Source: Oikopleura dioica (Eukaryota > Animalia > Chordata). Taken from it: a stretch of DNA of 64,000 bases. The translations under genes were made by a program, and so were the position numbers. The notes under the pieces were generated by a model. The model did not search any database, was not told where the DNA came from, and was given only the letters and a program-made list of their open reading frames with translations. The DNA lies in the NCBI GenBank assembly GCA_907165135.1, contig OU015567.1:2480001-2544000 (forward strand). The letters are read 5' to 3'. This document shows, piece after piece, positions 51,033-63,184 of the stretch; the first letter of the stretch is position 1, and every line of letters starts with the position of its first letter.

Positions 51033-54000
51033 TAGGGTCAGGCATTTTCACGTGATCACCGCTGTACACGCTAAATTTTTTTTGGGTAGTAGCCTGGGGG
51101 GTACTGATCACAAAAAACATAGCGGCCCTCGCTTAACCCAAAAACACCTTAACAATTTTAACCCGTTTTCTGTTTTACTCGTTTTTGGCCATTTTAAAGG
51201 AAAAAAAGTATTTTAACTCGATTTTATACGTACAAAACAAACAAATAATTATTTTGATAAGTTTAAATTAATCTTATAATGGAAACTAAATAATTGAACT
51301 GGGGTTGCCACGGGAGAAAATCGAGTTTAATCGATGAAAGACACCATAATTAAGCAAAAAACAAGAAAAATTAGAATTTTTATAACAATGGGAGTGGGTG
51401 GGGTTGGGGACATAACTAAGATTGATCAAGTCAGTGTTCCAAGCCTTTGTCAAGCCCCTTAAATTAAAAAATCAAGGGACGGGGCTGAGACGGCCCGAAG
51501 GGCCGTCAAGCCCCTTAAATTAAAAAATCAAGGGACGGGGCTGAGACGGCCCGAAGGGCCGTCAAGCCCCTTAAATTAAAAAATCAAGGGACGGGGCTGA
51601 GACGGCCCGAAGGGCCGTCAAGCCCCTTAAATTAAAAAATCAAGGGACGGGGCTGAGACGGCCCGAAGGGCCGTCAAGCCCCTTAAATTAAAAAATCAAG
51701 GGACGGGGCTGAGACGGCCCGAAGGGCCGTCAAGCCCCTTAAATTAAAAATCAAGGGACGGGGCTGAGACGGCCCGAAGGGCCGTCAAGCCCCTTAAATT
51801 AAAAATCAAGGGACGGGGCTGAGACGGCCCGAAGGGCCGTCAAGCCCCTTAAATTAAAAAATCAAGGGACGGGGCTGAGACGGCCCGAAGGGCCGTCAAG
51901 CCCCTTAAATTAAAAAATCAAGGGACGGGGCTGAGACGGCCCGAAGGGCCGTCAAGCCCCTTAAATTAAAAAATCAAGGGACGGGGCTGAGACGGCCCGA
52001 AGGGCCGTCAAGCCCCTTAAATTAAAAAATCAAGGGACGGGGCTGAGACGGCCCGAAGGGCCGTCAAGCCCCTTAAATTAAAAAATCAAGGGACGGGGCT
52101 GAGACGGCCCGAAGGGCCGTCAAGCCCCTTAAATTAAAAAATCAAGGGACGGGGCTGAGACGGCCCGAAGGGCCGTCAAGCCCCTTAAATTAAAAAATCA
52201 AGGGACGGGGCTGAGACGGCCCGAAGGGCCGTCAAGCCCCTTAAATTAAAAAATCAAGGGACGGGGCTGAGACGGCCCGAAGGGCCGTCAAGCCCCTTAA
52301 ATTAAAAAATCAAGGGACGGGGCTGAGACGGCCCGAAGGGCCGTCAAGCCCCTTAAATTAAAAAATCAAGGGACGGGGCTGAGACGGCCCGAAGGGCCGT
52401 CAAGCCCCTTAAATTAAAAAATCAAGGGACGGGGCTGAGACGGCCCGAAGGGCCGTCAAGCCCCTTAAATTAAAAAATCAAGGGACGGGGCTGAGACGGC
52501 CCGAAGGGCCGTCAAGCCCCTTAAATTAAAAAATCAAGGGACGGGGCTGAGACGGCCCGAAGGGCCGTCAAGCCCCTTAAATTAAAAAATCAAGGGACGG
52601 GGCTGAGACGGCCCGAAGGGCCGTCAAGCCCCTTAAATTAAAAAATCAAACGGGGCTGAGACGGCCCGAAGGGGTCAAGCCCCTTAAATTAAAAATCAAG
52701 GGACGGGGCTGAGACGGCCCGAAGGGCCGTCAAGCCCCTTAAATTAAAAAATCAAGGGACGGGGCTGAGACGGCCCGAAGGGCCGTCAAGCCCCTTAAAT
52801 TAAAAAATCAAGGGACGGGGCTGAGACGGCCCGAAGGGCCGTCAAGCCCTTTAAATTAAAAAATCAAGGGACGGGGCTGAGACGGCCCGAAGGGCCGTCA
52901 AGCCCCTTAAATTAAAAAATCAAGGGACGGGGCTGAGACGGCCCGAAGGGCCGTCAAGCCCCATAAATTAAAAAATCAAGGGACGGGGCTGAGACGGCCC
53001 GAAGGGCCGTCAAGCCCCTTAAATTAAAAAATCAAGGGACGGGGCTGAGACGGCCCGAAGGGCCGTCAAGCCCCTTAAATTAAAAATCAAGGGACGGGGC
53101 TGAGACGGCCCGAAGGGCCGTCAAGCCCCTTAAATTAAAATCAAGGGACGGGGCTGAGACGGCCCGAAGGGCCGTCAAGCCCCTTAAATTAAAAAATCAA
53201 GGGACGGGGCTGAGACGGCCCGAAGGGCCGTCAAGCCCCTTAAATTAAAAAATCAAGGGACGGGGCTGAGACGGCCCGAAGGGCCGTCAAGCCCCATAAA
53301 TTAAAAAAATCAAGGGACGGGGCTGAGACGGCCCGAAGGGCCGTCAAGCCCCTTAAATTAAAAAATCAAGGGACGGGGCTGAGACGGCCCGAAAGACCGT
53401 CAAGCCCCTTAAATTAAAAAATCAAGGGACGGGGCTGAGACGGCCCGAAGGGCCGTCAAGCCCCTTAAATTAAAAAATCAAGGGACGGGGCTGAGACGGC
53501 CCGAAGGGCCGTCAAGCCCCTTAAATTAAAAAATCAAGGGACGGGGCTGAGACGGCCCGAAGGGCCGTCAAGCCCCTTAAATTAAAAAATCAAGGGACGG
53601 GGCTGAGACGGCCCGAAGGGCCGTCAAGCCCATTAAATTAAAAAATCAAGGGACGGGGCTGAGACGGCCCGAAGGGCCGTCAAGCCCCTTAAATTAAAAA
53701 ATCAAGGGACGGGGCTGAGACGGCCCGAATTTTAGATTAAAATTACAATTTTTTTTATGAAAAATCGGAGTTCACTAAAAAGGGTTAAATTTAAACCTTC
53801 GACTATGGGTTAAAAAGATATTTTTATAGAATAATTTTCAATTTGACACGTTTAAAAACAATTTAAACACCAAAAATATTCTTATTTCAATGAAAAATTG
53901 CAATTTCCGAAAATGGGTTCAAATATATAGTACGTTTTTGGGTTAAGCGAGGGCCGCTATGTTTTTTGTGATCAGTACCCCCCAGGCTATCACCCAAAAA

Positions 54001-54046
54001 AATATTAGCGTGTACAGCGGTGATCACGTGAAAATGCCTGACCCTA
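51033..54046. mobile_element. Non-autonomous hAT-type element carrying a satellite array
   Basis: TAGGGTCAGGC...GCCTGACCCTA termini, ~110-bp TIRs and 8-bp TSD ctctagaa (51025-51032, 54047-54054). No ORF. Confidence 0.92.
51451..53729. repeat. 56-bp tandem satellite, ~41 copies
   Basis: Unit caagccccttaaattaaaaaatcaagggacggggctgagacggcccgaagggccgt; period 56 measured directly (51451, 51507, ...). Confidence 0.97.
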
Positions 54047-54120
54047 CTCTAGAATTTGCAAAGAATTTGTTTTGTCGCAAATCGGTTAGTGTTCGGAATG
54101 GTTCAAAAAAGTTCAAAACT

Positions 54121-54191
54121 TGCAACGTCCGGGAATCGAACCCGGGCCTCCCGCGTGGCAGGCGAGAATTCTACCACTGAACCAACGTTGC
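54121..54191 (-). tRNA. tRNA-Gly (GCC)
   Basis: Identical to the other two copies. Confidence 0.97.
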
Positions 54192-55176
54192 TTGAAAACC
54201 AATATTTTTGGAACCACTAGCAATTAAACGAATCAAGAAATCTATTTTGTGGCCGGATTCGGTGTCACGAATGAGCCTAGAACTCGATCTTGTTTGCAGC
54301 AAACTTTTTCCCATCTGATTGGCCTATCGCCAGAAAGCTGCCATCTGATTGGTCGTGAACTTGAAAAAAAAATTTCGGTCAAAATTGTCGCCAAAAAAAT
54401 TTCTTCTTGCTAAAAATGAGTAGAGCTGTAGTTTGTAAGATGAAAGCATGTTTACGCCTGGGTCCCTTATCTTTCCCGATTTGACTCGAGCATCGACAGA
54501 CTGTATCTGTGCGCTGGCCGTTCATTAGAATAAATATTTAACTTTCGTCCTTTCAAATTTTTTCCCAAAAAAGGCGAAATCCGCCACCTGCAAAAATTCT
54601 AGCGAATTCATTTCTTATCAACTTTCCTCCCACATTCCCATCCGCAAAAAAACTAGAATAAAAGGCGGGAAAATACGGAAATTTGAAATAATCAGGCCAA
54701 GGCGTGCCCCTGAGAATAACAAATGTTTGTTCAAGAAATTTCTGTTGAACAGATTTTATGCAAACTGTTTTTCTTTAAAAAAACTGATACCGGAGAGAGT
54801 TATTTTGAACGAACAAGAACAGGAATTTAGTTCAAAGAAACACCTTTCAAAAATTTAAACGTGCTGATTTGTTGATCCCATAATAAGCGCTTGATGAACC
54901 CTTTCCACTTATGAACCTTGGTTCTTCGCTTTTTTTGGTTGCAAGCTTAGACGGGGATAATCTGATAAGCCAAACAGATTTTCATTCTGAAAATCGAGAT
55001 GCTGATACTCTTAAAGCTTTAGGCTTATTAAATCTTAAAGATTTTTGCTTGATTTTTTAAGGGCGTAGACACTGTTTATGCCCGGCCCCCCGTAAACCGC
55101 AAAAATAGCATTTTCATTTTTTTTGAAAATCGTGAAGTTGTTACGATTTGTAACTAAAAGAAGCTCGAGTTGCGTT

Positions 55177-56215
55177 ATGCCGAACACGAAGCGCGAAAAG
55201 AACCCGTCATTAGATGCTTTAGATGAGAAGATAATCGAGCGCCAAAGATTGAGCCACGTTTTCAACAAACTAGGTAGGTCATGATTTTTATAGAAACGGA
55301 AATAGCAGTTTTTAACTTCTAAAAAACATCTTTTCCTTGGAATCTGGGGAAACGAATAATTCAAACTCTTATCGGTTTTTAAATGATAATGTCCGTTTGT
55401 TGGTTGTTTTATCTGCTGTTTTTATGTTAACAAGGAAAAAAAGAAACAATCAAACAAGTTTTTATGAAGAAAAAAACAAGAATATCGAAAAATAATTCGA
55501 ATTAAAAAGAATACTTTTCTTTCTAAAATCTGATTGGCCTACAACTCGAACGCAGACCCCTGATTGGTCTTAATAATGAACGAAATTTTCTTATTTTTTT
55601 TTCTCAAAATATGAATTTTAGCTGAACAGAATGGCCCGGTCGAAGAAGAGGAAGCAACCATGAATGCATTTTTCACTACTTGGCAGCTCCGGCAACTCGT
55701 CGAAAATTTTGGAGAAGGTAAAATAAAAACCCGCCGAACATGAAAATTATTCGAAACCAAGATTTACAAGTCAGGCTTATCCTGAACTTACGAGCATCGG
55801 AGTAAGTCGAACCCGAGTAATTTTAAATCTTGAGCGGCCCAAAATAATAAATACAGCTGTCTGTATTGGAACATACAGAGGGCGCGACCTGACATGTATT
55901 TGGAGACGAAAACACTTGGTTTTGAGCCGTTTATATTTGACAGCAAGAGGATTAAGAATTTATAAAAAAAAATTTGGCTAAAAAAGAACTAATCTATTTT
56001 TAGACCCGTTGGAGCCTTCAGACGTCTCCGAACTCGTGAAAATTCTAGGCTCGGGGCTTCGCGAAGGACCGCTGCTCGAGTCAGATAAAACGAAATCTCG
56101 AGGGTTATTTTATTTTTGGCGGTTTTCGGCGGCCCTCAGGTAGACCCACTCGGTCAAGGGCGAGTACTTGTCAGGAGCGGTTCCAAAATGAAGCATTGGA
56201 ACCCACGTGCATAAT
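55177..56215 (+). CDS. Possible divergent EF-hand/calmodulin-like small protein; 3' structure unresolved
   Basis: Phase-consistent exons 55177-55273, 55622-55717 and 56004- give ..RQRLSHVFNKLAEQNG..FFTTWQLRQLVENFGEDPLEPSDVSELVKIL. A later VDPLGQGRV resembles an EF loop. Confidence 0.45.
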
Positions 56216-57154
56216 TTTCGCACCTTGCCTAGTAGGGTCCAAACGAGCGTGCTTTTTGGAACAACGGGAAAGTCATGCTGTTGCTGTTTTATGTGGAGAA
56301 GCTTGATGGAAAAACGAAACGGCGAAAAGATATTTTTCTTGAAGAATAAATATAATTTTCTTATCTCTTTCTTTTCATTCAATGCAATCCAAATTTCGAC
56401 GAATTTTCTTTTCTTCCTTTTTTTATTTGAAGTAGAGTTCGAAAAAATTGTGCATAATATCTTGATGTTTCTCTTCTTCTGGCTCGAAGTGAGGGGTTTT
56501 TACTTTATGGAGATATGCGTGCTTCACCAAATGTTTTAAATAACTGAAATTTGAATAAAGATACTTATTATGAAAATACTTTTTCGAGAAAAGTTCTCCG
56601 GAGACAAGAATCAATGGGCAAAGAAAAAGGTTAAATCGCATTTTTTTGTGAAAATCTGTGTTCTGGCTAATTTGACATGAGACTCTGTAGCTTTCATTCA
56701 TAATTGAAAAAAGGATTATTCGGTGAAGTGCGGCGTCCTCTCCTGAAACTGTGTTTTTGAAATTATTAATGCCGGGGTTTTGCGGTCTTTGAATCACGGA
56801 TAGAAGTCCAAAGTCGACTCAGGTTTCCTACATCAGTATTTTATGACGAATTTGTTGGACAGACGTGTCTTTCTCACAACTAAACAAAATACCTTTGTGC
56901 CTCGAGGGTTGAGTCATAAGATTCCTCCATCATATGGACGGTCGTCCAGACATTTATTTCCCTTCCAAAAAGAGTACTTTCTTCTAGAAAAATGTTCCTT
57001 TCCCGGCAAGGTCCGACTTGGGGAAAAACCCACTTGCTTTTACGATCGGGCACTTTTTAGACTTTACGCCTTTTACGGGTCAAAAACTATTACCCTTACG
57101 TTTTTTGTTCTTCGTAATTGAGAATTTACTCAAGCAAAGAGAGAGAGAGAAAAG

Positions 57155-59216
57155 ATGAAGAAGGAAGAAATGGAAGAAAACTTGGGATATGACTATTTGT
57201 TCAAAAAGGAAAAAGGATACCCATTTAATTAATAAAGATGTGATCTTTCTCCTCAAATTTAAAGTATCCCCTTGAAAGATGCCTCAATTCAGCCCGCTTC
57301 AATTCATGTGGACGACGATGGCCGCCTATTGCTGGTTCACTTCCGGTTTCTTCCAGGTTGGAAGCACTTTTACTCAGGAAAGCCGCTAGAAATCAAAAAT
57401 CAGATGGCGCCATTAAAATAAAAAGATAAGACAAATAACGAGCGGCTATAAAAGTATACGCCTGAGCACCGGTGCGAGACCGAAATTGACAGGAGATTCA
57501 AAAATGACACTGGTCATCATAGAATATCTTATGAAGACGGGCTGTTTTTTACAAAAGGATTGGATAACCCAAGCTGTCAAATGTATAATCTTGATTGGCC
57601 ATCAATATGTCCGATGACAGACGAGACTGAAGCTCTCGCTTGCGCTAGAAATTTCATCAAGTTCGCAAATCTATCAGAGAGCAAAATTGTCTCCTGTTCA
57701 AAAAACGTCTTCGAGAAGAAATCATCTCCTGGCTTTACAAACACCGTTGCGACAGAATTCAACATCGTCTGCGACCGCGCTCATATAAACAGTAAACTGA
57801 CTGGTGCCTTTATGGCAGGAATGTTTGCCGGCGTTTTTATCGGCGGAATCATCATGGATCGCCTTGGACGAAAATTGGCGTGTCTAATGGGCCAGATTGG
57901 AAGCGTCGTCGTGAATTTAGCGATCGCATTTTCAAGTGGAATCTGGATGTACGCGGGACTGAGATTTTTAGCTGCGTTCTTTTCGATGTTACAAGCGACT
58001 AGTTGTTTTGTTTACTGCGTCGAAATGACAGGTCAGTAGATCGTGCCTTTTGCCAAGAAGACAATCGCTATTTGCAGGGCCAAAATATCGAACTTGGGTT
58101 GGAAATTGGGCGGCTGTTATGTTCACTTTTGGATTTATGTGCATCACTCCTATCGGAATGATTTTCAAGGTAGAATCGAGCGAATGCTTCTTTCCAGCAA
58201 ATTCTAGGATTGGCGCGAAATGCAGATTGCCTTTTCTCTATCACCGATTCCATTCATCACAATTTTCTTTTGGCTGCTTCCAAATTCCGCGGCATGGCTC
58301 TACTCAATCGGAAAATTTAAAGAAGCACGAAAGACGATCTATCAAATTTCTTACAATGTCAATGCGCAAGGAATCGATGATGAATTCCTGGAAAAGCTGG
58401 AGGTTGAGATCAAGAACTGTCAGAAATCGGCGAATGTTGGTCAAAAATACACGCAAGTTGATTTGCTCAAGACATCCGGGATGAGAAGAACGACGCTGAC
58501 GATTTGCTTGTTCTGGTTTTGCCTGGTCGCTCTATATTACGGGTAAACTGAGGGTTAAATTTATCTTTTTATTCTTTTTTAGGCTCACTTTTGGCGTCCA
58601 AGATCTCGGAGGAAACATTCTCTACACAAATTTAATGTATGGTGTCGCTGAATCTCTCGGCTTTGGATGCGTTTCTTTCATCATCGACAAGCCCTGGCTC
58701 GGAAGAAGACTTGGAAATATTTGGATCGTATCCTTTGCCACAGCTGGTTGCTTCCTTGCTCTGGTTGGCGACCTCGTTGGATTGAAAATGATGAAGATTG
58801 CTTCCGCTTTTGCTGGAAAACTCGGCGCTTCGGCTAGCTTTGGCGTCGCGTACATTTACGCTTCTGAGCTTTTCCCGACTCCGATGAGAGGCATCGGTGT
58901 GGGGACTGCTTCTGCTTGTGGAAGAATTGGCGGTGTTCTTTCTCCTTTCATCGCTGATTTGAGTCGGACGGCTTCATATTTGCCTTTTGCCGTGTTTTCT
59001 GTTTTTGGGCTGGTTTTGATTGCATCGAGTAAGTTGGTTTTTCTCCTTGTTTTGTTTCTTCTACTGATTTTTTAACTGTTTATAGCATATTTCTTGCCAG
59101 AAACGCTGGCGATGCCGATGATGATTTCAAAGGATCAAGCTGAGGAATTTTACGAACAAGCTTATGGAAAGAAAAAAGATCGAAGAAATGACGAAGAAAT
59201 TTCTTTGAAAATCTAG
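57155..59216 (+). CDS. SLC22 organic cation/anion transporter family member
   Basis: YDYLFKKMPQFSPLQF, TPEHRC, TVATEFNIVCD, MDRLGRK, CVEMTGPKYR, YIYASELFPTPMRG and LPET motifs. Exons 57155-57208, 57279-57377, 57455-58031, 58078-58169, ~58209-58543, ~58583-59029, ~59087-59216. Confidence 0.92.
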
Positions 59217-59900
59217 GCTATTCAAATTAATCTGTTTCGAGTCGAAACTTTCGACTGTAAATTCATTACGAAAGACCCCGTCTCAAAGATGTTGAAATTT
59301 TCAAATTAAAAATAACCTTGAAAACATTGTCGTTTTTTCTACGCAAATGGTAAGTAGCAAAGTCCGCTCAGCTGCAGATCGCAATGAGTTCACGTCTCAG
59401 TGAGTCTCTCCTTGAGTTGTTATTTTGAAATTTCTGACTGCAATGGCATTTGTCTGCGTTGCCGCTGCTGGGAGCGAACTTATCCATCAAGTTATCCGGT
59501 TCAGGTGTTGCTAGCGGGACCAGACGAGAGCGATCTGGTGCAATGCGGGTCAGAATAATTTTGATCTACTCGACCTTCGGGCCCATCTGATGCAAATAGA
59601 AAAGTTTCCAGTCTGGTCTAGGATAGTCCTGGTGGTCCTAGGCAATGTATCATTTCGCTGGGAAGGAATTTTGCTCTTATCGCGCGTAAAAGCGCTTTCA
59701 GCTGCGATCTAATCCGAAAATAGATGCGAGACTGTGCGAAATTGCTCGAAAAAATGTCTGGCAAAAGTAGAGTCAATGACATGACGTGTTATGGACCGGA
59801 TTCGATGAAAAGGAATTAAGAAAGCCGAAGCATCGAGAAGGGCTTCTTATGTCAAAATTTCCAGGAAAGTATAACCAAGGGAAGACATAGTCTAAAATGA

Positions 59901-59988
59901 AGGTAGTAGGGGGTTATGATTCGAGCTCCCCCTAACCCTTAACCTAACCCAGGGGGATACTTCCCCTTTCCACTAGCCCAGATTCTAG
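59901..59988 (+). repeat. Partial copy of the 8543-8742 MITE family
   Basis: Shares ggtagtagg.ggttat.attcgagct, ccctaaccc..aac.taacccaggggg and ccactagcccagattctag. Confidence 0.65.
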
Positions 59989-60478
59989 AAATAAAAAAAT
60001 TTAGTAATTATGTTGTTAATTAAAAAAACAGGAATGGATGCAAAGACCCAGGCTAATTGTGTACTTCCAGAAGCGGCGGAACTGTGAGACGGGAATATTT
60101 TAGTTTTTTCTGTTTCTTTAAGAAGTGCTTTATGTAACATAAATTATGTTGTAAACAGATGATTTTATTTTCCACTCTACAAAATGAAATTTGATTTCAA
60201 AAATGAATAAATCTGTTTATCGAAATATTTATCGTTTTCGAGAAGAAATCAGACAAGTTCAAAGATCCGAGTGCAAAGATTTGTCCCTGAAAAGCCACTC
60301 TCTCCCTGAGAACACGTCCGGAAACGACTGCACCCCAAGCTGTGCCAACATCAATCCACCAGTCTGGGACCCAAATAATCCTTGGCTGTATAATCCTCCC
60401 CTATAAAATCTCCTTTCAGTCTACCGAATCCATCAATCTTTCAAAAAAAAATCAACTGAAATCAACAAAGAGAACCAA

Positions 60479-61966
60479 ATGCAAAACTTCTTTTTTCTCG
60501 CCTTTTTGGCGATATTTCTTCTCGCGCTGCTTCTTCTAAAAAACACCTTGAAAAACCGCGAGTTAACCGCCTTCTACAAAAATTTCCAAACTCCAGAAAT
60601 CGGGAATAAGTCCGATTCCTTGATCAAAAAGCTGATTTTCGGCCACTTGATCGACTTCAGCCGGGAAAGCGGTTCAACTTCCGCCGGCTTCGACTGGCGA
60701 CGAAAATGTATTACTGAAACAGGCGCCCACGTGATCCGATTTTTCTCCCGAAAAATGCTCGTCATCTACTCGCCCGAAATAGTCCAATTCTTCACCAATC
60801 TCGACGCGGAGCTTGTCGAAAAGTCGCAAAACTTCAAGCGAATCTTCAACAATCTCACCTCTTCCGTCCTTTTCAAAGAAGGAAAAGATTGGAAAGCCGA
60901 TCGAAAGCACTTCGAGCCTTTTTGCTTCTACGACATGGTCAAAAAATACGCTTCATACTTCTATTCCGGCGCTCAAGATCTTTCAACGAAGCTTCTTGAT
61001 GCTGGAAAGTCAGGAAAATCAGTTTTGGTCGACCAACTCGTTCAAGAACTCACTTTGAAAACTTTGATGGCAAGCTTGCTTGGAATCGAGCTTGATCTTT
61101 CCGAAGAAGAATCGAAACAACTCAACGACGATTTTATCACCGTCTCGATGACGATGAAGCTCGACAAGTCACTAGGCGACATCCTCGCCAAAATTCCCCT
61201 CCTCCGCCGCTTCTCGAAAAAGGGCCAAAAAGAAAAGGCCGCTTTTGAAAATCTTCGAAATTTGGTCGATCAGATTTTGGATCAAGCCGCAAACACGAAG
61301 AAAATCTCCGACCTGGCGTTTTATCTCCAGAAGAAGACAAAAATGACAAGGGATGAGATCGCTGCGAATATTTTTCTCTTCACCATGGCTGGTCACGAGA
61401 CCAACAAATCATCGATTGTTTGGGCTCTCTATGAATTGGCGAAGGACCCGGAACTGCAAAAACAGCTGGTGGAAGAGTTCAACCAGAAGAAAGCCCTTGG
61501 CATTGATATCTTAACATACGTCCAGCAGGAGTCCCTTCTTTCGTCCTTCGTTTCCGAGGTTCAGCGATTCTACTCCGTCGCTCCAGAAATCGTTCCCCGC
61601 ACGCTCAAGCGCTCCGTCACCATGCCAAATGGCCTCGTTGCTCCTAAAGGAACCACTTTCATGCTCGGCATCTGGGAGAGTCACATGAACCCGACAAGTT
61701 ATTTCGAGCCAGAGAAGTTCAATCCACGACGATTTTTGGACAACGATATCGCAAAAAATGCTTTCATCCCCTTTTCAGCCGGGCAGCGAAAATGCGTTGG
61801 ATACAAATATGGAATTACTCAAGTGCGAACTGTGATTGCGACGCTGCTAGAAAAATGCGAGTTCAAATTGGATACAGCCCATCATGTCAATATGACGAGG
61901 GTGATGACGATGAATCCACACAATGGAGTCAAACTGTTTATCAGCCCTAGAAAAAATGATGCCTAG
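60479..61966 (+). CDS. Cytochrome P450, intronless (495 aa)
   Basis: N-terminal membrane anchor, AGHET, EVQR (ExxR), PEKFNPRRF and heme motif FSAGQRKCVG. Confidence 0.96.
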   Translation: MQNFFFLAFLAIFLLALLLLKNTLKNRELTAFYKNFQTPEIGNKSDSLIKKLIFGHLIDFSRESGSTSAGFDWRRKCITETGAHVIRFFSRKMLVIYSPEIVQFFTNLDAELVEKSQNFKRIFNNLTSSVLFKEGKDWKADRKHFEPFCFYDMVKKYASYFYSGAQDLSTKLLDAGKSGKSVLVDQLVQELTLKTLMASLLGIELDLSEEESKQLNDDFITVSMTMKLDKSLGDILAKIPLLRRFSKKGQKEKAAFENLRNLVDQILDQAANTKKISDLAFYLQKKTKMTRDEIAANIFLFTMAGHETNKSSIVWALYELAKDPELQKQLVEEFNQKKALGIDILTYVQQESLLSSFVSEVQRFYSVAPEIVPRTLKRSVTMPNGLVAPKGTTFMLGIWESHMNPTSYFEPEKFNPRRFLDNDIAKNAFIPFSAGQRKCVGYKYGITQVRTVIATLLEKCEFKLDTAHHVNMTRVMTMNPHNGVKLFISPRKNDA

Positions 61967-62127
61967 AATCCTCTTCGTTTTCTGCTTTTTTCACTGCCCT
62001 GCAACTTTTCTTGTATAATAAATGAAAACATTTTTAATCAACCCTTTTTATTGCTCAAAAATATTGAAAATTGTCCGTTAAATACAGTCACAATCCGTCA
62101 ATTACCGTCAATCGCCATCAAAAATGC

Positions 62128-62532
62128 CTAATAGTCGCGGAATAGCTCGTCCAAATCGCTCAATCTGTTCAAGTAGCGTCGATTCTGGCGATTTTGGGAG
62201 TCGAAGTTATTGTAGAATTGTTGATTTTGGTAGGATGGCTTTTGGAAGTACTCCTGATTCTGCTCGAGGAAAAGGTCCAGGTTGCTTGGGAGGTTAAAGC
62301 TAGAGCCGATGTTCTTTGGCTGGTTGAAGTTGTTGGCGCGGCCGTTGATTGGGACTTGGCTTGGGAAGTCGTTGTTGATTGCATCGAGGGCGAGGAGATA
62401 TTCGAGATAAGCGTCTGAAGGGGTGTCTAGAAGGTCTATTTCTTCTTGAATCGCGTTTTCCGCCCTGTTAGAGCCGCGATATCGACTTGGTCGAGCGAAA
62501 ATGGAGCTGAAGAGAAAAATTGATATTTTCAT
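62128..62532 (-). CDS. Small secreted Asn/Gln-rich protein, possible peptide precursor
   Basis: 134-aa single-exon ORF with signal-like MKISIFLFSSIFA and an RR before the C-terminal YLNRLSDLDELFRDY. Convergent with the P450. Confidence 0.65.
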   Translation of the reverse strand: MKISIFLFSSIFARPSRYRGSNRAENAIQEEIDLLDTPSDAYLEYLLALDAINNDFPSQVPINGRANNFNQPKNIGSSFNLPSNLDLFLEQNQEYFQKPSYQNQQFYNNFDSQNRQNRRYLNRLSDLDELFRDY

Positions 62533-63184
62533 TTTCTTTTTCTATACAAGTTTTGAAGTTCTGAAGCCTGAGAAAGGCGGACTTGGTTAAATAGTCCTTG
62601 AGGATTAGGCAAGATGACTTGTGACATTTTGGTAATCGTGACAAGTTTTTTTACTCATGATGAGTTTTGTTGCTCATTATACGAGACAGGTCGCATTTTG
62701 AGGGGGATTTCGGAACACGGGCGAGTTTTTTTTTCATCGTCAGTTTATTCAATACATTAAAAAAGGAACTAGTTCAGTTGGAAAAGCCGCATATAATCAT
62801 TGTATTTATCCGAATCGCCAATCGGTGCGGGTCCTCCAAAATCTGAAAAAGAGCATAAGGATGATACAGTAAGATCGGATAACTTACAGCCTGCATCAGA
62901 AGGGACGTCGTTTTTTGCGCTGTCTGACAGGAACATATTAATCGGCGACTCGAATCTTCTCATTCTTTGCATGTATTGCTATCAAAAAATATTACCGGCA
63001 CTCGATGAATTATTTATTCTTTGTTTCTAACGGTAATTGTCTGTCAGTAAGATTGACCTTCTTACTCATTAAAGGATGTTTTAAATTACCGAGTAAAAAT
63101 CTCAGGTCTTCATCATCAATGTAAATTTTTATGTATCTTAAATATCAAAATAATTTATCTTATTTAAAAACTATTTTTTTTTAT

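Noticed and set aside
51451-53729. CRISPR-like appearance (palindromic repeat, regular period)
   Set aside because: The units are contiguous and identical with no unique spacers, there are no cas genes, and the context is eukaryotic. It is a satellite.
59370-60406. Open frames between SLC22 and the P450 (minus 59575-59370, plus 60191-60406)
   Set aside because: Short, with no start or splice support and no recognisable family.
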